This document shows, in pieces, positions 27,917-37,655 of a stretch of 64,000 bases of DNA. The translations under genes were made by a program, and so were the position numbers. Source of the DNA: an uncultured Fidelibacterota bacterium. Its GTDB lineage: Bacteria; Fidelibacterota; Marinisomatia; Marinisomatales; Marinisomataceae. Location: NCBI GenBank assembly GCA_902629855.1, contig CACOSI010000001.1, forward strand, positions 91,846-155,845, in the 5' to 3' direction. The notes under the pieces are model-generated. The model was not told where the DNA came from. It searched no databases and worked only from the letters and a program-made list of their open reading frames with translations. Each line of letters starts with the position of its first letter. Position 1 is the stretch's first letter.

Positions 27917-30900
27917 ATGAAAATCTTAAAAAACATTACCGCTTTCACAATGGTGATGACCTTGCTTCTAGTTTCAGCTGAAGCTAGAGAAACCAAAAAG
28001 GTTTCTAATTTCAGCGGGTCATCCTTTGTTGAATCCAGTGGTACGTTTGATGGTAATCGTATATACGCCGATGTAACCAATAATGGTCTTTTCTTAGACT
28101 ATCACATTTCAGGTGATTCAGCTCTAGAATGGCCTAAGGGTACAGGCGTACACTCTATCTTCCAATCAGCATTATGGATGGGAGCTACAGTGGACGGTAC
28201 CATTAGAACTATCGTTGGTGATTATACACAAGATATGGGTCCAGGTCCTTGGGGCGGAGATCCATTGGCAGCGGTACACAGAATATATAAGGTTAATAAA
28301 AGCATGTTGGATGACCCAGCAGCACATGACGACTTCCAAAACTGGCCTGTAGACTACGGGGCACCATGGGTAGACGTTGATGGTGATGGAGCATGGAATC
28401 CGTTACCAGCTGGTCAAGACCACCCAGAGTTTATTGGTGACCAAGTACTATGGTTTGTTAGTAATGATGGTGACCCAGCTTATAAGCTGAACTTTGGAAC
28501 ATCTCCAATGAATGTTGAGATTCAAACAACCATGTTTGGTTATGACAGAATTGATGCAATTGGAGACATGTTATTTATTAAACAATTAGTTATTAATAAA
28601 GGTGACGATGACCTTGTAGATACATACATGGGGCTATGGTCTGACCCTGACTTAGGAAATGCGGGTGATGACCTTGTTGGATGTAACGTTGAGCTAGGTA
28701 TGGGATATGTCTGGAACGATGGTCCTGACACATACTATGATAACCTAGACATTGGTACACCTGCAGCCGGATATGACTTCTTCCAAGGACCTAAAGTTCC
28801 TTGTGATGACCCAACTGATCCAGTTGAGTGTCCAGCACAGGGTGCAAAGATGTTTGGAACATACTATCCAGGTGAGAAAAACCTTAAAATGTCATCGTTT
28901 GCGTTCTACATTAATGGAGACGCAACTTACACTGACCCTGCTGATGAAACAGAAGGATACTACTATCTTCAAGGTTTAAGAAAAGATGGTAGTCCATATC
29001 CAAATGAAATCGCAGGTGATTTATACGATCAGAAATTCTGCTTCTATGGAGATCCAGCATTAGATCATGGTACTACCAACCCAGTTGATGGTAACTATGC
29101 TTCTGCTGCAGACAGAAGATTCTTGATGAGTGTTGGTCCATTTACTATGGCATCAGGTGACTCACAAGAAGTTGTGTTTGGTATTTTCCACGCAGCAGGT
29201 GGTGACGCATTATCATCAGTAGCTTATTTGTCACAGGTTGACCAATTAGCTCAATCAGCTTATGATAATGATTTTGATCTTCCAGAACCTCCACCAGCAC
29301 CTAATGTAACTGCATCTGCATTTGACAACGAGATTGTTATTATGTGGGATGGTGTTGCAGAAGATTACAATGAAGAAAGTTTCTTTGTTGATGATGCTGG
29401 TAATACTACCAATTACACTTTCCAAGGATACAATGTGTATCAATACGAAACTGCATCTGGTGCAGGAGATATGGCAAGAATAGCTACATATGATATTGTA
29501 GACGGTGTTACAGAGATTATTGATACAGTCTTTGATACCCAATACAATGAGTATATTGCTAGAAGAGTTCAATTCGGATCTGACTCAGGTCTTGCAAGAC
29601 ATGAGGTTGTTAGCCGTGATGCGCTAAATGGTAATAGTAAACTTATTACTAACAGATCATACAACTTTGCTGTAACAGCATACGGTTATAATGAGTTTGG
29701 TGTTCCAAAAACATTCGAAAGTAATCCTAAGCACTTTACAATGAGACCAGAACAGCCAAATACAATGATGATGGGTGACAATTCAGCAGCTCCTGGAGAT
29801 ATTGTAACAGCTGACCATGACGGTCCAGCACAGGGTTATGTTGAAGTAACTATGGTTGACCCAATGTCAATGACCGGTGATGCTTACAGTGTGACATTTG
29901 ACGATGTATTCCCAGATGGAACACCGGGTACAAACTGGACATTAACTAATACTACAACTGGTGAGGTTCTTGAAGCTAACAATCCAGTGATGGGTGGTGT
30001 AAACCAGCTAACAGGTATTAATGTTGGTGTTGGTGGTACTCCAGTATTCGACGGCTTCCAAGTCGCAGTTTACGGACCACAAGAAGACCTTGTTGCTGTT
30101 GAGGAATGGGAACATGGATGGAAAGAAAATGCTGTATTGAGAGATACTTCTGTTTCTTATCTACCTCCAAGTTTAGGTCGTACAGGTTATATTATTGAAA
30201 ACAGAGCAGGTGAAGCATACATGCAGCCTTACAATAGAGACTTCGATAGATTTAACTATTGGGAATCTGATGACGTAGAAATTGACTTTAGTGTTGAAAC
30301 ACTTGGTTGGGACTACTTATCAGAAGCTGTTAATGCATATGTTCCATTTGCGATGTACAGACACAATTTCGGAACTGGTACCAAAGATCCACTATTTGCT
30401 GGATACTGGGAAAGTGACGGAATTGCAGGTTGGTCAAATCCTGGTGACGGTGTAAGATGGTCAGGACCAGTTTACGGTGCACCAGCATGGGAACCAATTT
30501 ACAGTTTTGTATCATGGGGAGGATATGATTACGGATTCCTTAGTGATGCAGATTATATTGCAATTAACAATCTTGCCAACTCAGGTGGTTGTGGATGGGC
30601 GTCCAGTGGATACTGTGACAACGTTACAACATCTGGTGCAGGAATCGGTTATCCATATGTAACAGCTACACTATTTACTGACTACTTAGGTTCAGGCGTT
30701 GTGCCTACCGCAGCTGGTCATGCTTCATGGGGTAGTGGATTTGCAACAGCTAGTTCTGTCGTATTCCGTATGGCTAAACCAATTTCATCTAGAGATACCT
30801 TTACCTTTACTACAGATGGAATTAACATGTTAGCTAACGACTATGATATTGATAGAGTTACTGTATGGCCAAATCCATATTATGGATATAATCCAGAAGA

Positions 30901-31168
30901 AAGAGACGCACTCGATAGACGTGTGATGTTCAGTCACCTTCCAACAGAAGGTCCTGCAACAATTCGTATCTTTGCACTGGATGGAACTTTAGTAAGAACT
31001 ATACACCACAATGATACAGGATCACAGCACACATACTGGGACATGAAGAACAATTTCGAATTACCAGTAGCTAGTGGTATGTATGTGGCACATGTAGAGA
31101 CTAACCACGGGGAGAAAATCCTCAAGTTAGCTGTTATTCAACCAGAACAACGTCTCGACGTTTATTAA
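27917..31168 (+). CDS. large secreted protein of unknown function with FN3-like module and T9SS-type C-terminal sorting domain
   Basis: 1083 aa. It has a signal peptide (MVMTLLLVSAEA), a ~450-aa N-terminal region I cannot assign (it contains DVDGDGAWNP), a Pro-rich linker plus an FN3-like segment (PEPPPAPNVTASAFDNEIVIMWDG…FQGYNVYQYE), and the CTD listed as the next feature. AAGAGG SD. Confidence 0.75.
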   Translation: MKILKNITAFTMVMTLLLVSAEARETKKVSNFSGSSFVESSGTFDGNRIYADVTNNGLFLDYHISGDSALEWPKGTGVHSIFQSALWMGATVDGTIRTIVGDYTQDMGPGPWGGDPLAAVHRIYKVNKSMLDDPAAHDDFQNWPVDYGAPWVDVDGDGAWNPLPAGQDHPEFIGDQVLWFVSNDGDPAYKLNFGTSPMNVEIQTTMFGYDRIDAIGDMLFIKQLVINKGDDDLVDTYMGLWSDPDLGNAGDDLVGCNVELGMGYVWNDGPDTYYDNLDIGTPAAGYDFFQGPKVPCDDPTDPVECPAQGAKMFGTYYPGEKNLKMSSFAFYINGDATYTDPADETEGYYYLQGLRKDGSPYPNEIAGDLYDQKFCFYGDPALDHGTTNPVDGNYASAADRRFLMSVGPFTMASGDSQEVVFGIFHAAGGDALSSVAYLSQVDQLAQSAYDNDFDLPEPPPAPNVTASAFDNEIVIMWDGVAEDYNEESFFVDDAGNTTNYTFQGYNVYQYETASGAGDMARIATYDIVDGVTEIIDTVFDTQYNEYIARRVQFGSDSGLARHEVVSRDALNGNSKLITNRSYNFAVTAYGYNEFGVPKTFESNPKHFTMRPEQPNTMMMGDNSAAPGDIVTADHDGPAQGYVEVTMVDPMSMTGDAYSVTFDDVFPDGTPGTNWTLTNTTTGEVLEANNPVMGGVNQLTGINVGVGGTPVFDGFQVAVYGPQEDLVAVEEWEHGWKENAVLRDTSVSYLPPSLGRTGYIIENRAGEAYMQPYNRDFDRFNYWESDDVEIDFSVETLGWDYLSEAVNAYVPFAMYRHNFGTGTKDPLFAGYWESDGIAGWSNPGDGVRWSGPVYGAPAWEPIYSFVSWGGYDYGFLSDADYIAINNLANSGGCGWASSGYCDNVTTSGAGIGYPYVTATLFTDYLGSGVVPTAAGHASWGSGFATASSVVFRMAKPISSRDTFTFTTDGINMLANDYDIDRVTVWPNPYYGYNPEERDALDRRVMFSHLPTEGPATIRIFALDGTLVRTIHHNDTGSQHTYWDMKNNFELPVASGMYVAHVETNHGEKILKLAVIQPEQRLDVY
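30863..31165 (+). other. C-terminal T9SS type-A / FlgD-Ig-like sorting domain of the 1083-aa protein
   Basis: VWPNPYYGYNPE…ATIRIFALDGTLVRTIHHNDTGSQHTYWDMKNNFELPVASGMYVAHVETNHGEKILKLAVIQ. This follows the (V/Y)PNP … iyD..G..V … WD … sGvY … K pattern of T9SS CTDs. Confidence 0.6.
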
Positions 31169-31186
31169 GGATAAGGAGAATATAAA

Positions 31187-32236
31187 ATGAAAAACACATT
31201 TAAAATCTTCCTTGGATGCGCAGTCTTATTTTCAGCACTAACAGCTGGTACGGTAAGATCACAGGGTACTGCTGGTGCAGCACAGCTTCTGATACCGGTA
31301 GGTGCAGAAACTGTAGCTCTTAGCGGAACAAACGTTGGTACGGTTGCTGGGGTTGAGGCATTATTTACTAATGTCGCAGGTCTAGCAAGAGTAGGCTCTG
31401 GTATACAAGGAACAGTTTCAACCACTGCTTACATTGCTGATATTGATATCATGCATGCAGGTATGGTTGCAGCTATGGGAGAAACAGGTACCTTTGGTAT
31501 GACTATTAAATCTCTTGATTTTGGTGACATACCAAAAACCACTTCATTTGCTCCTGAGGGAGATGGTCAAACATTCTCTCCAAGTTTCTTTACTGCTACT
31601 GCCGGTTTTGCACGAGCTTTCTCAGATCGTGTAAACGTAGGTATAGCTGCGAAGATGGTTTCTGAAACCATTGAGGAAACTTCAGCAACTGGTTTTGCAT
31701 TCGATGTTGGTGTCCAATATCGTTTTCCTAATCAGCCGCTTACCTTTGGTGTAGCGATGAAGAATGTAGGAAGTAGAATGCACTATGACGGTATCAATCT
31801 TGATATGGAAATGGTGCCTGGAGAATCTGAATCAGGTTCTTCATCTGAAGAGTTTAGAATTGTTGCTGACAACTTTGCGTTGCCAACAAGTCTTGATTTA
31901 TCAGCTACTTACTCCCTATTAAATAACTTAGACGTAAGTGCAGTTTTCACTAATCACTCTTACCAAGTAAATACAATGGCACTAGGTGCTAAATATATGC
32001 TTGGTTCAGCTTGGTTTGGAGCAGCAACAACAATGACTGTTGGTGACGATGATCAACCAACAGGCGTTTCTGATGCAGACTGGGATGAGTGGAGTGGCAC
32101 AAACTGGGGTGTTTCCCTAGGTGCTGGTGTATCTGTACCTGTCGGTGACTATATGATGCATGTTTCTTATGCAATGAGAACAGCAAATGAGTACTTTGAT
32201 GATCATAGTACAATGCAAGTCACATTTGATTTCTAA
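31187..32236 (+). CDS. outer-membrane beta-barrel, PorV/PorQ-like (FadL-fold) family
   Basis: 349 aa with a signal peptide. The N-terminal motif GAAQLLIPVGAETVALSGTNVGTVAGVEALFTNVAGLA resembles the PorV-family opening (g..fL.i..gaR..amGga…NPAGLA). It has alternating beta-strand character and a terminal …VTFDF. AAGGAG SD. Confidence 0.55.
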   Translation: MKNTFKIFLGCAVLFSALTAGTVRSQGTAGAAQLLIPVGAETVALSGTNVGTVAGVEALFTNVAGLARVGSGIQGTVSTTAYIADIDIMHAGMVAAMGETGTFGMTIKSLDFGDIPKTTSFAPEGDGQTFSPSFFTATAGFARAFSDRVNVGIAAKMVSETIEETSATGFAFDVGVQYRFPNQPLTFGVAMKNVGSRMHYDGINLDMEMVPGESESGSSSEEFRIVADNFALPTSLDLSATYSLLNNLDVSAVFTNHSYQVNTMALGAKYMLGSAWFGAATTMTVGDDDQPTGVSDADWDEWSGTNWGVSLGAGVSVPVGDYMMHVSYAMRTANEYFDDHSTMQVTFDF

Positions 32237-32272
32237 AACTGTTTCTTAAATAGTTTAGGATTGAGAAAGATG

Positions 32273-32301
32273 AAGGGCTCAGAAATGAGCCCTTTTTCTT
32301 T
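32273..32301 (+). terminator. Rho-independent terminator closing the outer-membrane operon
   Basis: AAGGGCTCA-GAAA-TGAGCCCTT: a perfect 9-bp stem with a GNRA-type loop, followed by TTTCTTT. Confidence 0.85.
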
Positions 32302-32445
32302 ACCTATTATCAGTTTTGTTGATTAATATTTCCCCATGAATAAAGATGACAAAATACTCTTATTAGTTTTATTCTTTGGATTATTTGGTTATCCGATATG
32401 GTGGCTTATTATGTATATAATATTACCGTTATTTAACTAGATATT

Positions 32446-33180
32446 TTATTTAACTTGATTTTCAAAAAGCTGGATAATATTACTGTAGAGTAATTCTTCA
32501 GGTATGTTTTGTCCAAGAAAGTATCTACCCTTGCTATCATCAAAATGTATCTCCCAATGAAGATGAGCACCCCTTTCATTTCTGAGTGCCCCACTAGATG
32601 TTCCAGTGTTTCCAGAAAAGCCAATTATATCTCCCTGAGCAACCCTTGTTCCAGGCTTAACTTCATCTGGTATTGAAGAAAGGTGCGCATATACAGTAAC
32701 TGTTCTAAATTTTTTAGTAATACCATATCCATGATCTATAACAATTGATTTACCTAAAAGTATAAAATTATAAATATCCTCCGGAGTTTTCTTAAGCTTT
32801 TCAGTTGTTAGCAGAAGCTCGTTATATGTATTTATATCAACATCCTCATGTTGATTGTTGCTTCTAATAACAATCCCACCATAAACTGCTTTTATAGGGT
32901 AATTCAAGGGCGAAGAGAAATCAATACCTTCGTGAATTCCATTCCTATATTCCCTGAGCGCGTTTGGTAATAAATTAGTGTACTCCGGTACACCGTATTC
33001 ATCTGTGGGTAAAATAATTTTGTTATCTAGTTCTGAAAAGTGAAGATATGTGTCTTGATCAATATAAAAAATATAACCCTCTCTGCTTGTTTGAGATGTT
33101 TCTAAACTGCTAGTTGGGGCAGCACAAGACGACAGTGTTAGGCTTAAGATTATTATTAAATTCTTATTTTTCATCATCAA
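32446..33180 (-). CDS. M23 family metallopeptidase lipoprotein
   Basis: Lipobox LTLSSC and the M23 motifs HEGIDF and GAHLHWEIH. Confidence 0.8.
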   Translation of the reverse strand: MMMKNKNLIIILSLTLSSCAAPTSSLETSQTSREGYIFYIDQDTYLHFSELDNKIILPTDEYGVPEYTNLLPNALREYRNGIHEGIDFSSPLNYPIKAVYGGIVIRSNNQHEDVDINTYNELLLTTEKLKKTPEDIYNFILLGKSIVIDHGYGITKKFRTVTVYAHLSSIPDEVKPGTRVAQGDIIGFSGNTGTSSGALRNERGAHLHWEIHFDDSKGRYFLGQNIPEELLYSNIIQLFENQVK

Positions 33181-33721
33181 AATTAATTATATAGTTAACA
33201 CTTTTAAATGTAAGGCTTATTTTTTTTAGTTTTTTTTCTTCTTCGTTATACCAAACTTTAATTATATCGCTATTTAAAATAACATTATTGATTCTATTTT
33301 TTCCTTCAAATTCATTTTTTTCGTTTATATCAAATCTGTACAACTTTGTTTCATTGTCTTTTTCTGCTATTTCGTAAAACAAAAATCTTACTTTTACTGC
33401 AAGGTTATCAAGAAGATAAAAATCATCAATCCAAACATCTTCATCAAATTCTAATTCTTTATTTTCAATCATTTTATAGAAAATATTCTCGTCACCAAAA
33501 TTTTGATCATCATATTCAATATCTTCTCCCAGTAAATTAGAACCAAATCCATCTGAGGTCACCTCAATTTCATCACCATCAATTTGTATTGCTATTGATT
33601 GATTTAAAAAGGATGAAAAGAGATCATTTTCTCCAACACCTATTGAAACATTTCTTTTAATTGCCTCTTCTTGGGCAATGATAAAAGAAAAAAACAAGAA
33701 AATATGTAATAGATACTTCAA
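33164..33721 (-). CDS. secreted acidic hypothetical protein
   Basis: 185 aa with a signal peptide (FLFFSFIIAQEE). I recognise no family. It is wedged between mgtE and the M23 peptidase with overlaps. Confidence 0.5.
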   Translation of the reverse strand: MKYLLHIFLFFSFIIAQEEAIKRNVSIGVGENDLFSSFLNQSIAIQIDGDEIEVTSDGFGSNLLGEDIEYDDQNFGDENIFYKMIENKELEFDEDVWIDDFYLLDNLAVKVRFLFYEIAEKDNETKLYRFDINEKNEFEGKNRINNVILNSDIIKVWYNEEEKKLKKISLTFKSVNYIINFDDEK

Positions 33722-35088
33722 TTTAATAGTATTGTTGATGCTATTAAAAAATAAAGCGCTACTCCAATTATATCTATAGCTGTTGTTACAAAAGGACCTG
33801 TAGATATTGCTGGATCAATTTTTAATTTTTGTAATATAATTGGCACGCTGGCACCTACAGCTGTTGCAATTGTCATTGAACAAAAGATGCTTAAACCAAT
33901 AACTATACCTAAATCCTCAAGAGATGATTTTGTGATATATGAAGATGACGCTCCTACTAAAAAACCATAAAATGCACCCAGAATGGCGCCAACAATTATT
34001 TCTTTAAATATTAATGGAAATGTATTCGCCACATCAACCCTTCCTGTTGCTAAACCTCTAACAATTATTGTAGACGATTGTGTGCCAATATTTCCACCAA
34101 TACCAATAATTACAGGAATAAATGCAGCAAGTATTATAATTTGCTCAAGAAGAACATTAAAATATCCAATAATTGCTGCCGCACAAATCCCCCCAAAAAG
34201 GCTTGCTAGTATCCAAGGGGCACGAGATTGAGCATTTTCAAAAGGAGTTTTTAGTAAAATTTCACGATCTTTACCTACACCCGCCATTTGTAGGAAGTCT
34301 TCAGAGGCTTCTTCCCTAATAATATCAACAACATCATCTATCGTTACAATTCCTAAAAATTTATTTTGTCTATTAACAATAGGAAGAGCCAGATAATTAT
34401 ATTGGGCTACTTTTTTCGCAACCTCTTCTTGGTCTGTTTGAGTTGTAGCCGCTTGAATTTCTTTTATCATGATATCTTTTAATTTTTTAGTATTTTTTGA
34501 TGTAACAAGAGTTCTTAAAGAAACAACTCCAACCAGCTTTTCTTTATTATTAAGAACATAAAGATAAAAAATCTTATCATTTTCAGGAAAAGACTGCAGT
34601 TTTTTGATACCTTCTTTGACTGTAATATTTTGATTCAATGTAAAAGTTTCTTTTGTCATAATACTACCAGCACTATCATCAGGATATGACATTATTTCTT
34701 CTACTTCTTCAAGATCTTCTTCTTCAATAATGCTTAAAACATCTTTTTGTTTATCTAAGTCAAACATGCCCGCAATAAAGGCCTGATCATTAGTATCAAG
34801 ATAACGAAAAACTTTAGAGATATTTTTAGCAGACTCAAATTTCAAAACATTTTCAATTATTGAATCGTCAAGCTCCTCCAACAAGCGAGCTTTATGTTTT
34901 GCAGTTGGGCATAAAGTAAAAATTTTTTTTTGTTCGTACTGATTAAGACCTCTCATTATCAGTGCGACATCGGCTTGGTGGGTTTTTCTAAGTATTTTTG
35001 TGAGATTTGTATCAGCTTTTCTTCGAAGCAACCGTTGCATTGTACTTCTAAGCATTGATATTTCGGTTGTGAATATAGCTTTTTTCAT
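33718..35088 (-). CDS. mgtE: magnesium transporter MgtE
   Basis: 456 aa with the MgtE N-domain, a CBS pair, and a TM domain with …IGGNIGTQSSTIIVRGLATG…. Confidence 0.92.
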   Translation of the reverse strand: MKKAIFTTEISMLRSTMQRLLRRKADTNLTKILRKTHQADVALIMRGLNQYEQKKIFTLCPTAKHKARLLEELDDSIIENVLKFESAKNISKVFRYLDTNDQAFIAGMFDLDKQKDVLSIIEEEDLEEVEEIMSYPDDSAGSIMTKETFTLNQNITVKEGIKKLQSFPENDKIFYLYVLNNKEKLVGVVSLRTLVTSKNTKKLKDIMIKEIQAATTQTDQEEVAKKVAQYNYLALPIVNRQNKFLGIVTIDDVVDIIREEASEDFLQMAGVGKDREILLKTPFENAQSRAPWILASLFGGICAAAIIGYFNVLLEQIIILAAFIPVIIGIGGNIGTQSSTIIVRGLATGRVDVANTFPLIFKEIIVGAILGAFYGFLVGASSSYITKSSLEDLGIVIGLSIFCSMTIATAVGASVPIILQKLKIDPAISTGPFVTTAIDIIGVALYFLIASTILLN

Positions 35089-35144
35089 TGTATTGGATTT
35101 TCTATAAATTAACTCTACTTTACAATATATTAAAGGTTAACTAA

Positions 35145-36605
35145 ATGGCTAAACTAACTAAACAAAGCGAAAATTTCTCAAAATGGTATACAGAAGTAAT
35201 TCTTGAGAATGATTTAGCAGACTATGGCCCAGTAAAGGGGACAATGGTTGTTAAGCCTTACGGTTTTGCCCTATGGTCCAATATTAAAAAAATTCTCAAT
35301 AAAATGATTGAGGATAGTGGTCATGAGAATGCATATTTTCCTCTTTTTATACCCAAAAGTTTTTTAGAAAAAGAAGCTAAGCACGTGGAGGGCTTTGCAA
35401 AAGAGTGTGCTGTCGTTACTCATTCAAAGTTAGTTTCAGAGGACGGTAGTTTGTCTGTTGATCCTGAGTCAAAGCTTGAAGAAGAAATAATAGTAAGGCC
35501 TACTTCTGAAACAATAATTTGGCACATGTTTAAAAAATGGATCACTTCTTATAGAGACTTACCCGTTAAGATAAATCAATGGGCAAATGTTGTAAGATGG
35601 GAAATGAGAACCAGGCTTTTTTTAAGAACATCAGAGTTCCTTTGGCAAGAGGGGCATACCGCGCATGCTACTAAAGAAGAAGCTATGGAAGAAACCTTAA
35701 AAATCGTTGAAATTTATAGGTCGCTTTTTGAAGATTATTTGGCTATACCAACAATTATTGGTAGAAAATCTAACCTTGAAAGATTTGCCGGCGCAGATGA
35801 AACCTTTTCAATAGAGACAATGATGAAAGATAAGAAAGCTCTTCAAGCGGGTACTTCCCACTATTTAGGAACAAATTTTGGATCAGCTTTTAATGTCAAA
35901 TTTCAAAATAAAGAGAACAAAGAACTACCTGTCTATGCTACAAGCTGGGGTGTAAGTACTAGAATGATTGGTGCACTTATCATGGTCCATGGCGATGATA
36001 TGGGACTTAGACTTCCTCCTAGAGTTGCACCTATTCAAGTAGTAATTGTTCCAATAAATCCAAAAAATGAAAAGCCTGAGGAGTTTGCATCGTTCATTAA
36101 AAAGGTTGATGAGACTTTAAATAATAATCACGTAAGAACAAAAATTGATATAAGTGAAAATAGTCCTGGATTTAAATTTAATCATTGGGAAAGTAAAGGT
36201 GTTCCTATACGAATTGAGATTGGAATGAAAGAGTTTGGTGAAAATCTTATTACAATCAGTAGAAGAGATATAGGGGATAAAATACAACTTAGTATTGAAG
36301 ATCTAGATACGCTGAATGATATGTTGGAAGACATACAAAATAATATGTTTACTGACGCAAAAGATTTTATGAATCAGAACCTGTTTGAAAGTGATACTTT
36401 TGAAGATTTTCAAAAAAAACTTTCCAAAGATAATTGTTTTATAAAAGCATATTGGGATGGTAGCGATGAAACGGAGCTAAAAATTAAAGAAAAAACAAAA
36501 GCTACCATTCGTTGTATTCTAGAAGATATAGATGATTCTTCTAAGAAATGTATTTTTTCTAAAAATGCTGCTAAACATTTAGTTGTTTTTGCAAAAGCAT
36601 ATTAA
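35145..36605 (+). CDS. proS: prolyl-tRNA synthetase (archaeal/eukaryote-like short type)
   Basis: 486 aa with …WANVVRWEMRTRLFLRTSEFLWQEGHTAHAT… and a C-terminal …AKAY (terminal Tyr typical of this type). Confidence 0.93.
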   Translation: MAKLTKQSENFSKWYTEVILENDLADYGPVKGTMVVKPYGFALWSNIKKILNKMIEDSGHENAYFPLFIPKSFLEKEAKHVEGFAKECAVVTHSKLVSEDGSLSVDPESKLEEEIIVRPTSETIIWHMFKKWITSYRDLPVKINQWANVVRWEMRTRLFLRTSEFLWQEGHTAHATKEEAMEETLKIVEIYRSLFEDYLAIPTIIGRKSNLERFAGADETFSIETMMKDKKALQAGTSHYLGTNFGSAFNVKFQNKENKELPVYATSWGVSTRMIGALIMVHGDDMGLRLPPRVAPIQVVIVPINPKNEKPEEFASFIKKVDETLNNNHVRTKIDISENSPGFKFNHWESKGVPIRIEIGMKEFGENLITISRRDIGDKIQLSIEDLDTLNDMLEDIQNNMFTDAKDFMNQNLFESDTFEDFQKKLSKDNCFIKAYWDGSDETELKIKEKTKATIRCILEDIDDSSKKCIFSKNAAKHLVVFAKAY

Positions 36606-36608
36606 TAA

Positions 36609-37655
36609 ATGAAAAAATTTATATCCTACTTCTCAATCATAGTTCTTCTATATCTTTTTACTTGGCCCATTGGCATAGACCCTGTTGCTTGGAAATCAGA
36701 AAAACCCCCAGAATTTGAAGGTCAATACGAAAAAAACGACATCTTAAAAGACATTAAAATTTTTTGGGAAAATGATGGGCATGAAGGACCAGAAGATGTG
36801 GTTCTTCATAAAAATAAGGTATACGTTGGGTATAGCGACGGAACAATTATGACGACATCAGGTAAATTTTACAACACAAATGGAAGGCCACTTGGAATGG
36901 CTTTTGATAATGAAGATAATTTAATCATCGCTGATGCAAAGCGTGGTTTACTATCTATTAACCCACAAGGTACAGGTAAAGTATTGTCAACAAAATCTGA
37001 TACTGACAACATTCCTTTAAGATTCACTGATGACCTAGACATTGCTAACGATGGAAAGATCTACTTTTCCGATGCCTCATTTAAATATGGATATGGTAAT
37101 GAGCTGAAGGACTTGATGGAGCATAAACCAAACGGAAGATTGTTGGTATATAACCCTGATACAGGAAAAACTTCTACACTTTTGAATGATTTATATTTTG
37201 CAAATGGTGTAGCGATTAGTCCCGATAATACATATTTACTGATTACTGAAACTTTTATTTATAGAGTAAAAAAATATTGGTTAAAGGGTGAAAAAAAAGG
37301 CACATCAGAAATAATTATTGATAACTTACCTGGCCTTCCAGATAATATTTCCTCTGATGGAAAAGATATCTTCTGGCTGGCACTTTTTACTACAAGAAAT
37401 CAATTTATAGAACAAACATCTGATAAACCTTTTCTACGGAAAGTAGCATTAAGACTTCCTTCTATTTTACAGCCCAAACCAAAACACTATTCTTTTGTAC
37501 TAGGTATAAGTGGAAAAGGGGAAGTTATACATAATTTTCAAAATGATAGTAAAGACTCATATGCTCCAATAACAAGCGTAAATCAATATGGAAATGATTT
37601 ATACTTTGGAAGTCTGTCCCATAAAGGCTGGGGGAAAATGAAAGTACCGGAATGA
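36609..37655 (+). CDS. strictosidine synthase-like / SMP-30-type beta-propeller, N-terminally anchored
   Basis: 348 aa with …KIYFSDASFKYG…NGRLLVYNPDTGKTSTLLNDLYFANGVAISPDNTYLLITET…RVKKYWLKG…. Confidence 0.7.
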   Translation: MKKFISYFSIIVLLYLFTWPIGIDPVAWKSEKPPEFEGQYEKNDILKDIKIFWENDGHEGPEDVVLHKNKVYVGYSDGTIMTTSGKFYNTNGRPLGMAFDNEDNLIIADAKRGLLSINPQGTGKVLSTKSDTDNIPLRFTDDLDIANDGKIYFSDASFKYGYGNELKDLMEHKPNGRLLVYNPDTGKTSTLLNDLYFANGVAISPDNTYLLITETFIYRVKKYWLKGEKKGTSEIIIDNLPGLPDNISSDGKDIFWLALFTTRNQFIEQTSDKPFLRKVALRLPSILQPKPKHYSFVLGISGKGEVIHNFQNDSKDSYAPITSVNQYGNDLYFGSLSHKGWGKMKVPE

